Assembly (NCBI GenBank): GCA_963758525.1
Contig: CAVWVQ010000004.1
Coordinates: 1 to 64,000 of the forward strand
Direction: 5' to 3'
DNA from: an uncultured Phycisphaerales bacterium
GTDB lineage: Bacteria; Planctomycetota; Phycisphaerae; Tepidisphaerales; Tepidisphaeraceae
Length of the DNA stretch: 64,000 nucleotides
Shown here: piece after piece, positions 9,973 through 21,221 of the stretch
How positions within the stretch are numbered: position 1 is the stretch's first letter
Layout of the letters: every line of letters starts with the position of its first letter
The notes under the pieces: model-generated
What the model was told of the DNA's origin: nothing
Database searches by the model: none
Seen by the model: the letters and a program-made list of their open reading frames with translations, nothing else
Position numbers and translations under genes: made by a program

Positions 9973-12272
9973 TTACTCCGCTCGCTCCAGAATGTAAGAC
10001 TGACCCGCAGTAGTGGCGAAGGAAGAGATGTCGTTGCTGGTTGTGACCGGAACCGCACCTCCGCCGGTTTGCGCCACGACACGGAAAGCTTGGCCCCAGG
10101 GGCTCACCATCTTGACGGGGCCACCGACGGTCGAGGTGGTACGAACGTTCATGATCTTGCCGCCGGTTTGCTCGGCGGAGACTTCAAAGCCGCCGTAGGC
10201 GAGCAGGTTGGTAAAACGAGCGTCCGTCGCCGTCGGCCATGCGGGGAAGATGCGGATAATGTCGGCAACGCTTTGCAGCAGCAGTTCGCTCACAAATCGC
10301 TCCACGGCCACCTGCTCCGAGATGTAGACGCCGTGCCCGGCCCAGAAGAAGAGGCCGTTGGGCAGCTCGTGCGAATATTTGCTGTTCGCCCCAAAGCACA
10401 TCTTGGCGTTGGCGATGGCCTCGTCGGTCAGGCTGAGTCGCGCGCGCGCGATGTTTATGGTGACGTTGGAATTGGCATGCGTGGTGATGTTTTCCACGCG
10501 GTTGATGGTGCGGATGGCAAGACTTTTCAGTTCGGGGCTGGAGAACCAGTTGATAATCCCTGCCGGGAAGACGCCCTGGATCATCGTGCCATGCCGGTCC
10601 GCGCCGACTTTGAACTTTGCGCCCAGCCACGGCTCGATCACGGTTTGCCCGTTCTGATCAGGATCGGGCTGCATGCCATACGTCGGGACCTGGTCGATGA
10701 CCGCGTCAATGCGCTTGAGGAGCGCGGCGTCGTTCTTCAACGTCGCGGCTTCCCGAGCGATCCGCAGCCCGGCGGTCACGTAGGTGATGTCATAGCAGAC
10801 GTTGAACTCATCGTACTTACCTATTTCCGGGAAGTAGCTCGGGCCCATCTTGCGCTTGCCATCCACCAGCGGGCATTTCTCCAACAACGAACAATAGAAC
10901 GTGCCAAAGTCGCGGATCAACGCATACACGCGCTCAAGGTGCGCCGGTGTGGGGGCGGACTTATAGTAATCCCAAAGCACAACGGCCGTGTGTCCGTCCA
11001 TGCCCCACGAATAGCCATAAGGCATGTAAGTCTGCTGATGCTTGTACAGTGTCTTGGACACGGCGGGGTCGGGCTCGAAGGGCCAGATGTCGCTGTGAAA
11101 GAACGCGCCTGGGCGCCGACGAAGCTCGTCTTGGCGAACCACTCCGCGCGCGGCAGGTTGCGGTTGAGAGCATCGATGAACGGTTCCACCATCTCCGGGT
11201 GGTTGAGCGGCGCGGCGCCCAGATAGGTCTGTTGAATGTTGTAGTTCAGCTTCAGGGAATTATGCCAGCCCGCCAGACCCGGGAAACAGGCGGCCAAGCC
11301 TACCGTATTGCCGTTCGCTCGCGCAAAGGTGCGATTGAAATAGAGCATGCGGTACCACCAGTTTTGCAATTCCTTGTCGCCGAGTTCGACCCCGCTCTTC
11401 GACCAGAAATCCAGCCAGGTGGCTTCATGCTTGGCGACGGCGTCGGCGTCGTTCAACGTGGCGGCGACGAGTGCCAGCGCGTCCGGCAGCGGATGCGCCG
11501 AATCGCGCGAAGTGGTCACAGCGATCGCCTGCAGATCGCCCTTTCGGCCCGCGACCACGTAGAGGTCCATGCCGCTCGCGTCCTCGTCGCCGGGGATGTT
11601 CTGGTGGAGATAACGGCAACCGCCTTGCTCGCCCTCGTCTGCCTTGCTGACCCAGCTCTCGATGGGAATGCCCGGCGGGCGCGGTTTCGAGCCCGGTTTA
11701 ACCGGGCGCGGTTTACTATTATCCCGCAGGAGGTCCTGGTCGCCGATGAAGGACACAGGCCGCTTCGAGTGGATCAAGATGACGTTGCTTTGCGCCAGCA
11801 CGCGCACGTCGGCCGTTTCCTCCGCGGTCTTGATCGTGGCGACGGCACGGGCGAGATCCAGCGTGGCGCCGGTCACCGCGGTCTGGCCGTCGGCGCCGAG
11901 CACCAGCTCCGCGACGGGCAGCGCCGTCGGGTAGGGATGCTTCCAACTGCCCGCGTCTCCGTGACCCGTGGCCGTGCCCGCGGCAACATCGACCACGGGC
12001 AGCGGCGGATCGTCCTGCGTGTCTATCCGCACGTCCCAACAATCGTTCTTGCTGATCCGCAGGTGCAGATCGTTTCCGATGGAGTAGATGATCGCGTTCA
12101 TCTCGCCATTGCCGACAACGAGCCCCTGGTCGTGAATGTCGGAGATGATGCTCTCTGAAACCGCGGCTGCCGCCAGCGCATCCGGGTACGCGACAGGCGG
12201 CGCGCCATAGGCGCTGGATGCGATCAGAGCGGCGGCGGTGAACGTGATGGTCGAGCGGAAGAAACGAGGCAT
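9973..12272 (-). CDS. Secreted GH95-like (alpha/alpha)6 glycoside hydrolase; frameshift near 11110
   Basis: GLVVGNGEMNA, LNYNIQQTY, ELLLQS..IIRIFPAWP, LAYGGFEVSA. Confidence 0.75.
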
Positions 12273-12287
12273 CGTGATCCCTTGTTT

Positions 12288-15200
12288 TTATCGAGCGAGG
12301 AGGAGGCGTACGGGGCCAAGCAATCCGGAAGGCAGCAGCGGGTCGGTAGATTTATAGAAGGGTCCCGAAGTCCATGTTTTGCGCTCCGCTTCGGGCAAAC
12401 CAGCGTCTGCGATGAGACGATTGGCCCAGAGATTTGCCACGCGAATTTCCAGTTTATTCGTACCGGGAACCAGGGCCGAAGTGATGTCGAGTGCGTACGG
12501 AGCTTTCCAGGCGGTGCCAAGATCTTTGTCATTGAGCCGGACCGATGCGATGACATCCACTTGCCCGAGGTCCAGGACGATCCGCTCGCCAGCGGGGACG
12601 GTGGGGAAGTCGAAGCTCTTGGTGTAGGTGGCAGTACCTGAATAGTTGCGAATACCTGGATCACTCGCCTGGGTCCACGATTCTAACTTTGGAAATGTGA
12701 CTTGCCCTGGTGCTCCCCAGCCGGGCGTGAGGCGAACATCCCACGGGCCGGCCAACTCCAACTTTGGGGGCATGTTTTCGACGAGTTCGTTTGCGGCAGC
12801 GGGAAGTTGCGCCAGTTGAGCGCGGAACACCACGAAGGCGGAGGCGTCAGGCTCCAAAGCGATGGGTACTTCTGTGCGATCCTCCTTTGCATGAAAGCTA
12901 TCGAAACCTGTAATGGCTCCGGTCGCGGGATCCCATCGCTGAGGTGGGCGGCCTTTGACGCGAAACGCAGCCGTGATTTTCCCGGGCGTGGCTGAATGAT
13001 TGGCAATGAAATAGATGTCGCTGTCTTCGGTGCGACGGTGGGCGAAGATCAGCTTCAGATTTGCATCATTGGCGGTCACCTCGAAGTCTTGTGGCGTGGC
13101 GACGATGGCGAGCGCTTGGGCGGGAGTGACCCCCCAGAGCATTTTTCCCGCGCCGGTCTGATGGGAGCCGGAGGCGGTCAGAGGACTGTTGCCCCAAAGT
13201 TCATCGGCGATGGTGCGGACTTCGTCGCCGCCCGCGGGACCATCGGCCAGCGAGGGAGACCCATCTGGCTTGACGTCGCCTAGCACCACGGCCCCGGCCT
13301 TCACCAAATCACGGACTTTCCTGGCGGCGCCAAGGGTCATCTTGTCCCCATTGGCCAGCACAAGCAGCGGATAGCTCACGCCGCCGGGCAGTTCGATGCG
13401 ACTATCTTTGACGCTTGCACGATCGATGATGACCTCGTCACCGCAGACGTCGTAGTCGTACCCTTCGGGCGGCACAGGGCGCATGCGCCAGGTCGCAATC
13501 TTGAGGGGCGTGTCGTCGCCGAGATCATAAAGGAGATCCGCGACCGGATGGCCCTGGCGCATCATATCACACGAACGAGCCAGCGTGTTCCAGAGAGGGG
13601 TGCTGTACTCCCACCAAGTGTTATGCCGCTCATAGGGAACGAAGTTTTTATCTTCCCCAACGCCGGGCATGCGATCGTCCCATGGCTGATGGACATCAGC
13701 GAGCACCACGAACCGATTAATCCCCAGCGCCAGTGCGCAATCTGCAAAGGGCTTCAACATCGCCGGATATGTGTTGGGCCTGCTGCCGGTGAAGGATTCT
13801 GCCGCGGCGATCGGATGGTTGTAGACATGTGCCGCGCTCCCGGCCTCTTTGCAATCCATGGTCCCTTCAGGCTGGCCCATCCAGAACTCGCCCATCGGAA
13901 TGTCGGTTCGGCCTTTTGACTGTATGTTGTCACCGGGCACGCAGGTGGCGATGCCGGGCGCCTGGGCCATGAAAGTCATCCCATCGGCATTGGCGAGCTT
14001 TTGGAAGGTGCCAAAGTATTCGTCGCTCATCACGTCGGCGATGGTCCGCCGGACATCGAAGAGGAACCTATCGGATTCAGAGGGGCTTCCAACGATGAAG
14101 CCCATCATTGCCGGCAGGTACCGGTGCATCGAGTAGCCGCGCCGCTTTTCGAATTGCGCTTCGAAATCGCCGGTCCAGTTCTGCGACCCATGTTCGGCAC
14201 TGTCCATGTTGATCCCGGCGAGCTTTGCACCCGGCACACCCTGGACTTCGCGCAGAAGCACACCGTCATAATGGTTGTATTGCACTGTCGCTGCGGCGGC
14301 GCTGAGTTTGTCGCATTCCAGCCCAAGGTTCTCCGGACGACCGTGCTTCGTGTGCCCGCCGGTGGGTGTGTGGCCAAGCCGAAGGATCGTCCAGTTGCCC
14401 GGCGGGGCCGCCCATGTCAGCTTGCCATTGGCATCGACGTTCTTGCTGATGTCGATCATCTTCGTCGGATCGATGATTTCATCGCCGGAATAGGCCGGCG
14501 TGCGATCGGGGTAGGAGAAATCGGCCACGTTTGCCGCTTTTTTCTCCCACTGATCGATGCGCGCCTCTCCGCGCAAGGCAACGTCTACGAGTTTCAGCGT
14601 GTCAGTTGTGACCTTGATCTTCATGCGGAAGTATCGCGCTGTGGCAGCAGGGAAGGCGACGGTCTGCTGGACCCAGGAATCCTGCTGATATCCGGTGCCT
14701 GGCAAGTGACACACTGTACGCCAGGCTTTTCCGTCGTCACTCGCCTCGAGTTCACCGAGCGGGGGGATCGGTTTCACGCCCTGACCGAGAGCGTCATCTG
14801 CCCACGACGTCGGCGTCTGTGAGGCAATCACAAGGGCCTTCATGTTGCATTTTGTGGCGTAGGTGATGCTGCGGGCGGTGGCCGGCTTGCCATAGTCCAT
14901 TTGGATGATCACCGGGCTCCCGTCAGCCGGGCGATTGGCAACGTCCCGCAGCCTCTGGTCGTCGACATTGAAGACCGCTTTCAAATCGACCCCCGCAGGG
15001 ATGCTTGTGCATAGGGGGGTGGGCATCGCGTCGGGACCACCGCCGCTGCGCGTGGGGAAAGCCAACGTCGCCACGTCCTCGTAGAAACCGAGATTGGTGA
15101 AGGGCGTCGGCAGCGTGAGCGAGATCGGTTTTCCACCGTCGACCTCAGTCTCGCTGGCGACCAGGCGCTGCATTCCCAGCGCGGGGGTGATCCACGGCCC

Positions 15201-15563
15201 GCCGGCGACATAGCCGTCACCGGAATTCACCTCCAGTGTCATGCGCAGCCGGGTGCATTCGGCCACCGCAAACCGAAATCGTGCCAGCCATTCCGGCGAA
15301 AGACTTTTCAACGCATCGGGCCGGTCCACGAATGTCTGCTCGTAGATGACAACGCCGCCGAAACCCACGCGCTTCAGCGCTTCCAGATCCTGTGTAATGC
15401 CGTGATCCGTCGTGACGGTTTCACCCCAAAACCACCATACCGCTGGCTTAACATTGACAGGCGGCGCGAGGAAGTCCTGCTGCAGGGTATCCTCGGCAAG
15501 TGCGTTGCCACCAACAATTGCCAGAGTGGTCAGCCACATCGCAGGTTTGATGAATTGTCTCAT
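12288..15563 (-). CDS. GH106 alpha-L-rhamnosidase-like glycoside hydrolase
   Basis: KPAVWWFW, GLECDKLS, PMGEFW, AAESFT, LLPSGLLGPV; signal peptide after the ATG at 15563. Confidence 0.85.
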   Translation of the reverse strand: MRQFIKPAMWLTTLAIVGGNALAEDTLQQDFLAPPVNVKPAVWWFWGETVTTDHGITQDLEALKRVGFGGVVIYEQTFVDRPDALKSLSPEWLARFRFAVAECTRLRMTLEVNSGDGYVAGGPWITPALGMQRLVASETEVDGGKPISLTLPTPFTNLGFYEDVATLAFPTRSGGGPDAMPTPLCTSIPAGVDLKAVFNVDDQRLRDVANRPADGSPVIIQMDYGKPATARSITYATKCNMKALVIASQTPTSWADDALGQGVKPIPPLGELEASDDGKAWRTVCHLPGTGYQQDSWVQQTVAFPAATARYFRMKIKVTTDTLKLVDVALRGEARIDQWEKKAANVADFSYPDRTPAYSGDEIIDPTKMIDISKNVDANGKLTWAAPPGNWTILRLGHTPTGGHTKHGRPENLGLECDKLSAAAATVQYNHYDGVLLREVQGVPGAKLAGINMDSAEHGSQNWTGDFEAQFEKRRGYSMHRYLPAMMGFIVGSPSESDRFLFDVRRTIADVMSDEYFGTFQKLANADGMTFMAQAPGIATCVPGDNIQSKGRTDIPMGEFWMGQPEGTMDCKEAGSAAHVYNHPIAAAESFTGSRPNTYPAMLKPFADCALALGINRFVVLADVHQPWDDRMPGVGEDKNFVPYERHNTWWEYSTPLWNTLARSCDMMRQGHPVADLLYDLGDDTPLKIATWRMRPVPPEGYDYDVCGDEVIIDRASVKDSRIELPGGVSYPLLVLANGDKMTLGAARKVRDLVKAGAVVLGDVKPDGSPSLADGPAGGDEVRTIADELWGNSPLTASGSHQTGAGKMLWGVTPAQALAIVATPQDFEVTANDANLKLIFAHRRTEDSDIYFIANHSATPGKITAAFRVKGRPPQRWDPATGAITGFDSFHAKEDRTEVPIALEPDASAFVVFRAQLAQLPAAANELVENMPPKLELAGPWDVRLTPGWGAPGQVTFPKLESWTQASDPGIRNYSGTATYTKSFDFPTVPAGERIVLDLGQVDVIASVRLNDKDLGTAWKAPYALDITSALVPGTNKLEIRVANLWANRLIADAGLPEAERKTWTSGPFYKSTDPLLPSGLLGPVRLLLAR

Positions 15564-15822
15564 TGGCTCTGTTGTTGAAAATGCTGCAGGCTTGAAGTCC
15601 AAGTCGTCGACAGCCACTTGCCCGCCTCGCGCTCAGCCGACAGGCGGCCGGCACGCTTGGTACCTCAGACTCCAGCTGGTGCAATGTCCACGTCTTCTGG
15701 GCACACTCATTGTCACAGAACGCATCGCCTGCGGCTAGCCGCCAAAGCAGAGCGTCCGGCAAGCAATTCACCGTGTTATTCACCGCATTCGGTTGTAGAA
15801 TGTCGATGAGGTGAAAAGCCTT

Positions 15823-16170
15823 ATGGCCACGACAATCGAACACATGACCGAAGTGGCGATGAAGCTCCGGCTTTCGAAGCAGGCCAGCGATAAGCTGTCG
15901 CAGCGGGCGAGTAAAACCGGGCAGGACGTGTCTGCGGTTGCATCGGGCCTTATCGAGCAGGCTGTCATCCAACCGAGTTTTCAAGAGTCTGTTGCGGTGT
16001 CCGCGAACGAAGCCACGTCTGCCGCAACCAGTGACGATGAAACAATCGACTTCGCGGAAGAGACCTTGACTTACAATCCGGTCCCGCCGCGCCGCAGCTA
16101 CACCGCTCAGGTTGCCGTTTCCCATCGTGGTCCAGGCAGGCCCGTTCCCTTCGAACTGGACCGTGAATAA
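15823..16170 (+). CDS. Small protein with ribbon-helix-helix-like N-terminus and acidic tail (putative antitoxin)
   Basis: MKLRLSKQASDKLSQRASKTGQDVSAVASGLIEQAV; GAGGTG RBS; stop overlaps the next start (TAATG). Confidence 0.55.
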   Translation: MATTIEHMTEVAMKLRLSKQASDKLSQRASKTGQDVSAVASGLIEQAVIQPSFQESVAVSANEATSAATSDDETIDFAEETLTYNPVPPRRSYTAQVAVSHRGPGRPVPFELDRE

Positions 16171-16730
16171 TGGGCCCCTTTTGGCAGGAAGTCACCGCTG
16201 GCGGACTTGGCCAAGGGGATATGATTGCCGCCTGTGCGGTTCCTGTCATCCGTCCTGATTTTGACCAAGCCACACTGACGCCTGGCACCCCGGTGCCCGT
16301 GGACGTACACGAATTTGACCTCATCATCATGACGCAGAGTTGTGACTTGGAGAATGCAAAGGCTCCGCTGGTTGCATGCTGCCCAATTCATACGCTCATC
16401 GAATTCGAATCGGTGAACCCGGACTTTTCGAAAATCGGTCAGTGGGAACGTGTTCGCCAGGGCCGTGTCGAAGGCCTGCACTTGCTCGCGTCCCCCACGA
16501 TACCGGACGACAAATGGGCGGCGTATGTCGTCAACTTCCGCATCATTTATAGTCTGCCCATCGCGTACTTGACCGCTCATGCGGAGAAGCTCCCGAAGCG
16601 ATGGCGACTCCGTCCACCTTATCTTGAACATTTTTCTCAGGCCTTCGCTCGGTTCTTCATGCGTGTTGGCCTTCCTTCTGCGATTCCTTCTTACGACATC
16701 CAGCCGAAGCGGCCACCGGCGAAAGTATAA
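16170..16730 (+). CDS. Conserved hypothetical protein (QGD...TQSCDL...RFFMRVGLP), possibly PemK/MazF-like fold
   Basis: Translationally coupled to the upstream gene; motif order resembles MazF-type RNases. Confidence 0.7.
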   Translation: MGPFWQEVTAGGLGQGDMIAACAVPVIRPDFDQATLTPGTPVPVDVHEFDLIIMTQSCDLENAKAPLVACCPIHTLIEFESVNPDFSKIGQWERVRQGRVEGLHLLASPTIPDDKWAAYVVNFRIIYSLPIAYLTAHAEKLPKRWRLRPPYLEHFSQAFARFFMRVGLPSAIPSYDIQPKRPPAKV

Positions 16731-16809
16731 ATGCTCCAACGGTTCTCATGCGACCCAACGAGGCCTCGCGTGTATTGCAACGCGGCCCGCGTCTCTCGGT
16801 AGCAAAGTC

Positions 16810-17928
16810 ATGCCTATCTCTCCATGGAAGAGCCTGATCATTCTCGCGCTGATGTTCCTCCTCGTCCCGATCTCATCCGCGGAAACGATGCCGTCGCCCT
16901 TCGAGGATCATCTGCTTTACGTCGCGGTTCCCGGCATCCGCGACGAGCTGAATCATGGCGGCTCGGGAATCCTTGTGTTCGACATCGATCACGGCGACAA
17001 ATTTCTCCGCCGAATCCCCGCCCGCGCGCCGGATGCCGCTGGCAAGCCCGAGCCAATGAGAGGCATCTGCGCCAGCGCTGTCACGAAGCGGCTCTACTTC
17101 ACTACGACGAAGTCTCTCACCTGCCTCGATCTGGTCTCCAGCAAAATTCTCTGGAATAAGAGCTACCCCCGCGGATGCGACCGCATGTCGATTTCCCCGG
17201 ATGGCGCCACGATCTACCTTCCGTCGATGGAAAGCGATTGGTGGAACGTCGTCGACGCGTCGGACGGGAGAGTGCTCAACCAGATCACAACCAAGTCCGG
17301 CTCACACAACACTGTGCTGGGCATCGACGGCAAACACGTCTACCTCGCCGGGCTCAAATCCAAAACCATGACCATCGCCGACACCGCAACGCGACAAGCC
17401 AGCGGCACCGTCGGACCCTTCGGCGGCAACATCCGCCCGTTCACCATCAATGGCAGCAGCACCCTCTGTTTCTGTTGCGTTGACGGCTTGCTCGGCTTCG
17501 AAATCGGGGACCTCATTACCGGTAAACTGCTGCATCGCGTTCGCGTCGAAGGCTTCGAAACCGGACCGACCAAGCGGCATGGCTGCCCCAGTCATGGGAT
17601 CGCGATGACTCCCGACGAGAGTGAGATTTGGGTTTCCGACGCCCACAACAAGCAAGCCCACATCTTCGACGCCACGGTCACGCCGCCGACGCTCAAAGCC
17701 AGTGTCACGCTGCGCGAAGAGCCGGGATGGATCACCTTCAGCATCGATGGCCGATACGCTTTCATTTCGACCGGCGATGTGATCGACGCCAGGAGCAAGA
17801 AAGTGATCGCGACGCTCGAAGACGAAACCGGCCAGGACGTCGCCAGCGAGAAGTTGCTGGAGATCGACTTCCGCAACGGTGTGCCTGTCCGCGCGGGCGA
17901 TCAGTTTGGGCGCGGGCAGAAGCAATAA
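16810..17928 (+). CDS. Secreted YncE/YVTN-type beta-propeller protein
   Basis: Signal peptide; repeated blades (ISPDGATIY, GIDGKHVY, MTPDESEIW, FSIDGRYA). Confidence 0.8.
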   Translation: MPISPWKSLIILALMFLLVPISSAETMPSPFEDHLLYVAVPGIRDELNHGGSGILVFDIDHGDKFLRRIPARAPDAAGKPEPMRGICASAVTKRLYFTTTKSLTCLDLVSSKILWNKSYPRGCDRMSISPDGATIYLPSMESDWWNVVDASDGRVLNQITTKSGSHNTVLGIDGKHVYLAGLKSKTMTIADTATRQASGTVGPFGGNIRPFTINGSSTLCFCCVDGLLGFEIGDLITGKLLHRVRVEGFETGPTKRHGCPSHGIAMTPDESEIWVSDAHNKQAHIFDATVTPPTLKASVTLREEPGWITFSIDGRYAFISTGDVIDARSKKVIATLEDETGQDVASEKLLEIDFRNGVPVRAGDQFGRGQKQ

Positions 17929-18104
17929 GTTGCGGATGCCGCAGGGGCGGGATGATCCCGCCTCGGATTGCGACAGACGTCTGTTCAGCAGATCCGACGC
18001 AAGGGCTGTCGTGCACAAACCCGGCCTTCACATCCTTCACATGCGGCTCCGGTTGTTCGGGTCGTGCCCGTAGCACGCGTAGCACGTCTTCCACCGAAAA
18101 TGGG

Positions 18105-18212
18105 CAGCCGGAGGCAGAGGAGTATGACGGATACATCGCCGCCGCCGATCTGCTGTCCCTTTGGCACTCACAGGCGAGGCTTGCGCTGAATCCCCATTCC
18201 ACGGCGGCGTAA
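18105..18212 (+). pseudogene. C-terminal remnant of the small helical protein usually found upstream of HNH genes
   Basis: EAEEYDGYIAAADLLSLWHSQARLAL ends immediately before the HNH start; no plausible N-terminus. Confidence 0.5.
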
Positions 18213-18611
18213 TTGATCGACGCCGCGACCCACACATTGGTCGACGCCCGCGCCCGCAATCGTTGCGAGTATTGTGCACTTCCCCAACCCGGCTATTCGT
18301 CGTCGTTCAACATCGACCACATCATCGCTTCTCAACATCGATACGACGACGATTCGGAAAATCTGGCGTGGGCCTGTCCCAAATCTAATCGCAAGAAGGG
18401 GCCGAATCTGTCGGGCCTCGATCCGGTGAGTGGAAACATCGTGCCGCTGTTCCATCCGAGAAGGGATCGATGGGAGCATCATTTCAGTTGGTCTGGACCG
18501 CTGCTCGTCGGGCTGACCGCCTGTGGTCGAGCTACCGTTGCGCTGTTGCAATTGAACGATGAAAATCGGATTCGCCTGCGCCAGGCCCTGATCTCGGAAG
18601 GGGCATTTTGA
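18213..18611 (+). CDS. HNH endonuclease (possibly degenerate)
   Basis: RCEYC..IDHII..NLAWACPKSNRKKG..LFHPRRDRWEHHF..GRATVALLQLN; the second CxxC reads CPKS. Confidence 0.85.
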   Translation: MIDAATHTLVDARARNRCEYCALPQPGYSSSFNIDHIIASQHRYDDDSENLAWACPKSNRKKGPNLSGLDPVSGNIVPLFHPRRDRWEHHFSWSGPLLVGLTACGRATVALLQLNDENRIRLRQALISEGAF

Positions 18612-18659
18612 TGATCTCGGTGGCGGACAGCGGGTTGCGGCGCCTGCCGCTCGGGTCCC

Positions 18660-21221
18660 TCATTCATGCTCGTAGGTATCCCACAAGCTGAACATTTTGA
18701 GCGAGTTGCGGGCGTCCGCGAGGCTCGGCATCGCTGCGCCGCGATCGAAATGCGGCATCCACCGTAAGACGTACGGCGAGCCGGGGCGCAGAACCTGCCA
18801 GTCTCCCTGGAAGTGGCCTTCCAGGTTCTCCAAATCGGCGTGAAAGAAGGGAATCACCTGCTCACTTTGCACGAGCAGCTCCAGCCGATCGCCGTTTTGT
18901 TGAAGCGAGGTTTGGATCTCCGGGCGCGGCAGCGTCACCCACTTCCAGGGAACCAGCGTTGCAAAATTCTCCGCCGTCAACTCGCCAGCGTCCAGGCGCA
19001 CAAACGCGCAGACCTCGTGCGACTCGGCGGCTCCATCGAGCAGTTCCGTCAGCGGAAGCTCTGCCAGCCTTTTGCTTTCCCCCGGTTGCAGCCCGCCAAC
19101 CATGCTGCGCCGCGCGATGCGTCGGCCGTCCCATGTGAACAATTCCAGTTCCCCTTTGATATCCCGGGATTCGTGGTGGTCGGACGTGGCCCAGATCTCC
19201 ATGCGGTTCTCGTTGACGATCAGACTCCCCAGCAGCGGGGCATAGAAACGACCGGCGAAATGCTGCAGGACTTTCCAGCGGCCGTGGTAGTCGATCGAGC
19301 TCCAGGAAGCGACGGGCCAGAGATCGTTGAGCTGCCAGAAGATGGTCCCCATGCACCAGGGACGAAGCCGTCGCCAGTGCTCCACGGCGATTCGGATCGC
19401 CATGGCATGATTGATCTGCGATATCCAGCAGAAGGAATCGAAATCCTTTGGAATTCGCATTTCCCGGGCCATCGCATTCGTGATGAGCATGTTGCCGTCG
19501 GCAGATCGCTGATGATGCTCCATCACGCGGCTGGAAGGGTTGAGTTCTCCCGGCGGAATGACGGCGCGAATCGTGCGCGGTTCGGGGAATGACTGGTAAC
19601 CAAACTCCGAGGCGAAGCGAGGCTGTACCGTTAGATAGTTGCTGAACGGCTGATGTTTGTGCCACACATCCCAATAGTGCACGTCTCCCCGGTTAGGATT
19701 GCCGGGCTTCTCGCCAAATTCGTCGTTGGACGGACTGGAGAGCCAGAACGGACGGGTCGCTTCTTCGGCGAGAACCGTCTTGCGCAGAACGGACATGACC
19801 GTTCTGTAGATCGCGACATTCTTCTCGAAATCGTCCGTCTTCCGCCACCATTCCCATACGGCAGTCGCGTTCTCGTTGTCGCCGCACCAAAGCACAATCG
19901 AGGGATGGGTATGCAGTCTGCGCACCTGATAGCGCGCCTCGGCGGCAACTTCTGCGAGGAATGAATCCGTGTCTGGGTAGATCGCGCAGGCCATCATGAA
20001 GTCCTGCCAGACCATCAAACCCAATTCGTCGCAGAGGTCGTAGAAGACATCCAGCTCATACCAGCCCCCGCCCCACACCCGCACGATGTTCATGTTCGCC
20101 TCGACCATGCTGGTCAGCAGATGGCGATAGACCTCTGGCGTGCAGCGCTCGACGAACTGGTCGGGCGGGATCCAATTGGCTCCCTTTGCGTAAATCGGAC
20201 GGCCGTTAATCTGAAAATAAAAGGACTCGCCCGTCGCTCCGTCCGGGGCCTGGTCGGGCTTTCGCACCAGCTCGACGGTGCGGAGGCCGATGCGTCGCGT
20301 GAGATGTTGCACCTCGCCGCTCGCGTCCTGCCACTGGACATCCAGCGAATACAAATGCGCCTCGCCCGATCCATTCGGCAACCAAAGCCGCGGATGCGCG
20401 AGGGATAAAGAGATGCTCTGCGAATTCTCCCCCTGAACGAGGCGGGTATGCGTCTCGACGGTCTGCCCATCACATGTGAGGCGCAGCGTTCCGCCGGCAG
20501 CAGCGGGAGAACTAAACCGGACCACGACGAAGAGCCGAACCTCAGAAGGAGCACCGATAGGGCCGACATGTTTCTGCTCGACCTGGATGGAAGTCAGCCG
20601 CGGTCCGTTGCCGCACTCCAGTCGGACCGGGCGCCAGATGCCGCTGGTCGCGAGATAGACGCCCCAATCCCATCCGAAGTGACATTGAACCTTGCGAATC
20701 CAGGCGCGCCCCGTGGATCGGACTTCTCCTGTCTGCCAGCGAAACTCTCCCAGGGGAACGCGGTGGCCGCCCCGCTCACATTCCCGTTTTGCGAATGCCG
20801 TCGGGCTTTCCAGCAGGACGCGCAATTCGTTCTCTCCGTGCTTGAGAACGCCACGCACATCACAGGCGATTTGCCGAAACATATTGACGCTGCGGCCCAC
20901 TTCGCGTCCGTTGAGAAAGATGGTTGCCACGGTGTCGAGACCGTCGAAGATCAGTTCCTGGCGCGCCGTGCGGCAATCCGCCGGGTCGGCAGTGAACGTG
21001 GTGCTCCACTCCCAATCCTGCTGGTCGATCCATTGGAGTTGCAGTTCGTTTCGTCCGAACCAGGGGTCGGGAATCCTTCCGTTTTGCTGAAGTTGGTGGT
21101 GAACGGTGCCCGGGACGGTCGCCGGCATCCACTGGTCGATCTTCAGCCCGATCGGCGCGTCGCCGTGAAGACGGCCCGCCGGCCGAAATCTCCACGGTCC
21201 TTCGAGGGGAACTGAGTGCAT
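18660..21221 (-). CDS. GH2 beta-mannosidase (no signal peptide)
   Basis: GANWIP, RVWGGG, WQDFM, WCGDNE, RFASEFGYQS, FWQLNDLWP. Confidence 0.9.
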   Translation of the reverse strand: MHSVPLEGPWRFRPAGRLHGDAPIGLKIDQWMPATVPGTVHHQLQQNGRIPDPWFGRNELQLQWIDQQDWEWSTTFTADPADCRTARQELIFDGLDTVATIFLNGREVGRSVNMFRQIACDVRGVLKHGENELRVLLESPTAFAKRECERGGHRVPLGEFRWQTGEVRSTGRAWIRKVQCHFGWDWGVYLATSGIWRPVRLECGNGPRLTSIQVEQKHVGPIGAPSEVRLFVVVRFSSPAAAGGTLRLTCDGQTVETHTRLVQGENSQSISLSLAHPRLWLPNGSGEAHLYSLDVQWQDASGEVQHLTRRIGLRTVELVRKPDQAPDGATGESFYFQINGRPIYAKGANWIPPDQFVERCTPEVYRHLLTSMVEANMNIVRVWGGGWYELDVFYDLCDELGLMVWQDFMMACAIYPDTDSFLAEVAAEARYQVRRLHTHPSIVLWCGDNENATAVWEWWRKTDDFEKNVAIYRTVMSVLRKTVLAEEATRPFWLSSPSNDEFGEKPGNPNRGDVHYWDVWHKHQPFSNYLTVQPRFASEFGYQSFPEPRTIRAVIPPGELNPSSRVMEHHQRSADGNMLITNAMAREMRIPKDFDSFCWISQINHAMAIRIAVEHWRRLRPWCMGTIFWQLNDLWPVASWSSIDYHGRWKVLQHFAGRFYAPLLGSLIVNENRMEIWATSDHHESRDIKGELELFTWDGRRIARRSMVGGLQPGESKRLAELPLTELLDGAAESHEVCAFVRLDAGELTAENFATLVPWKWVTLPRPEIQTSLQQNGDRLELLVQSEQVIPFFHADLENLEGHFQGDWQVLRPGSPYVLRWMPHFDRGAAMPSLADARNSLKMFSLWDTYEHE

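Noticed and set aside
9911..9990. Additional REP doublet or terminator between convergent genes
   Set aside because: Only a partial match (agccgcgacgcgcagcggagcg) without a clean inverted partner.
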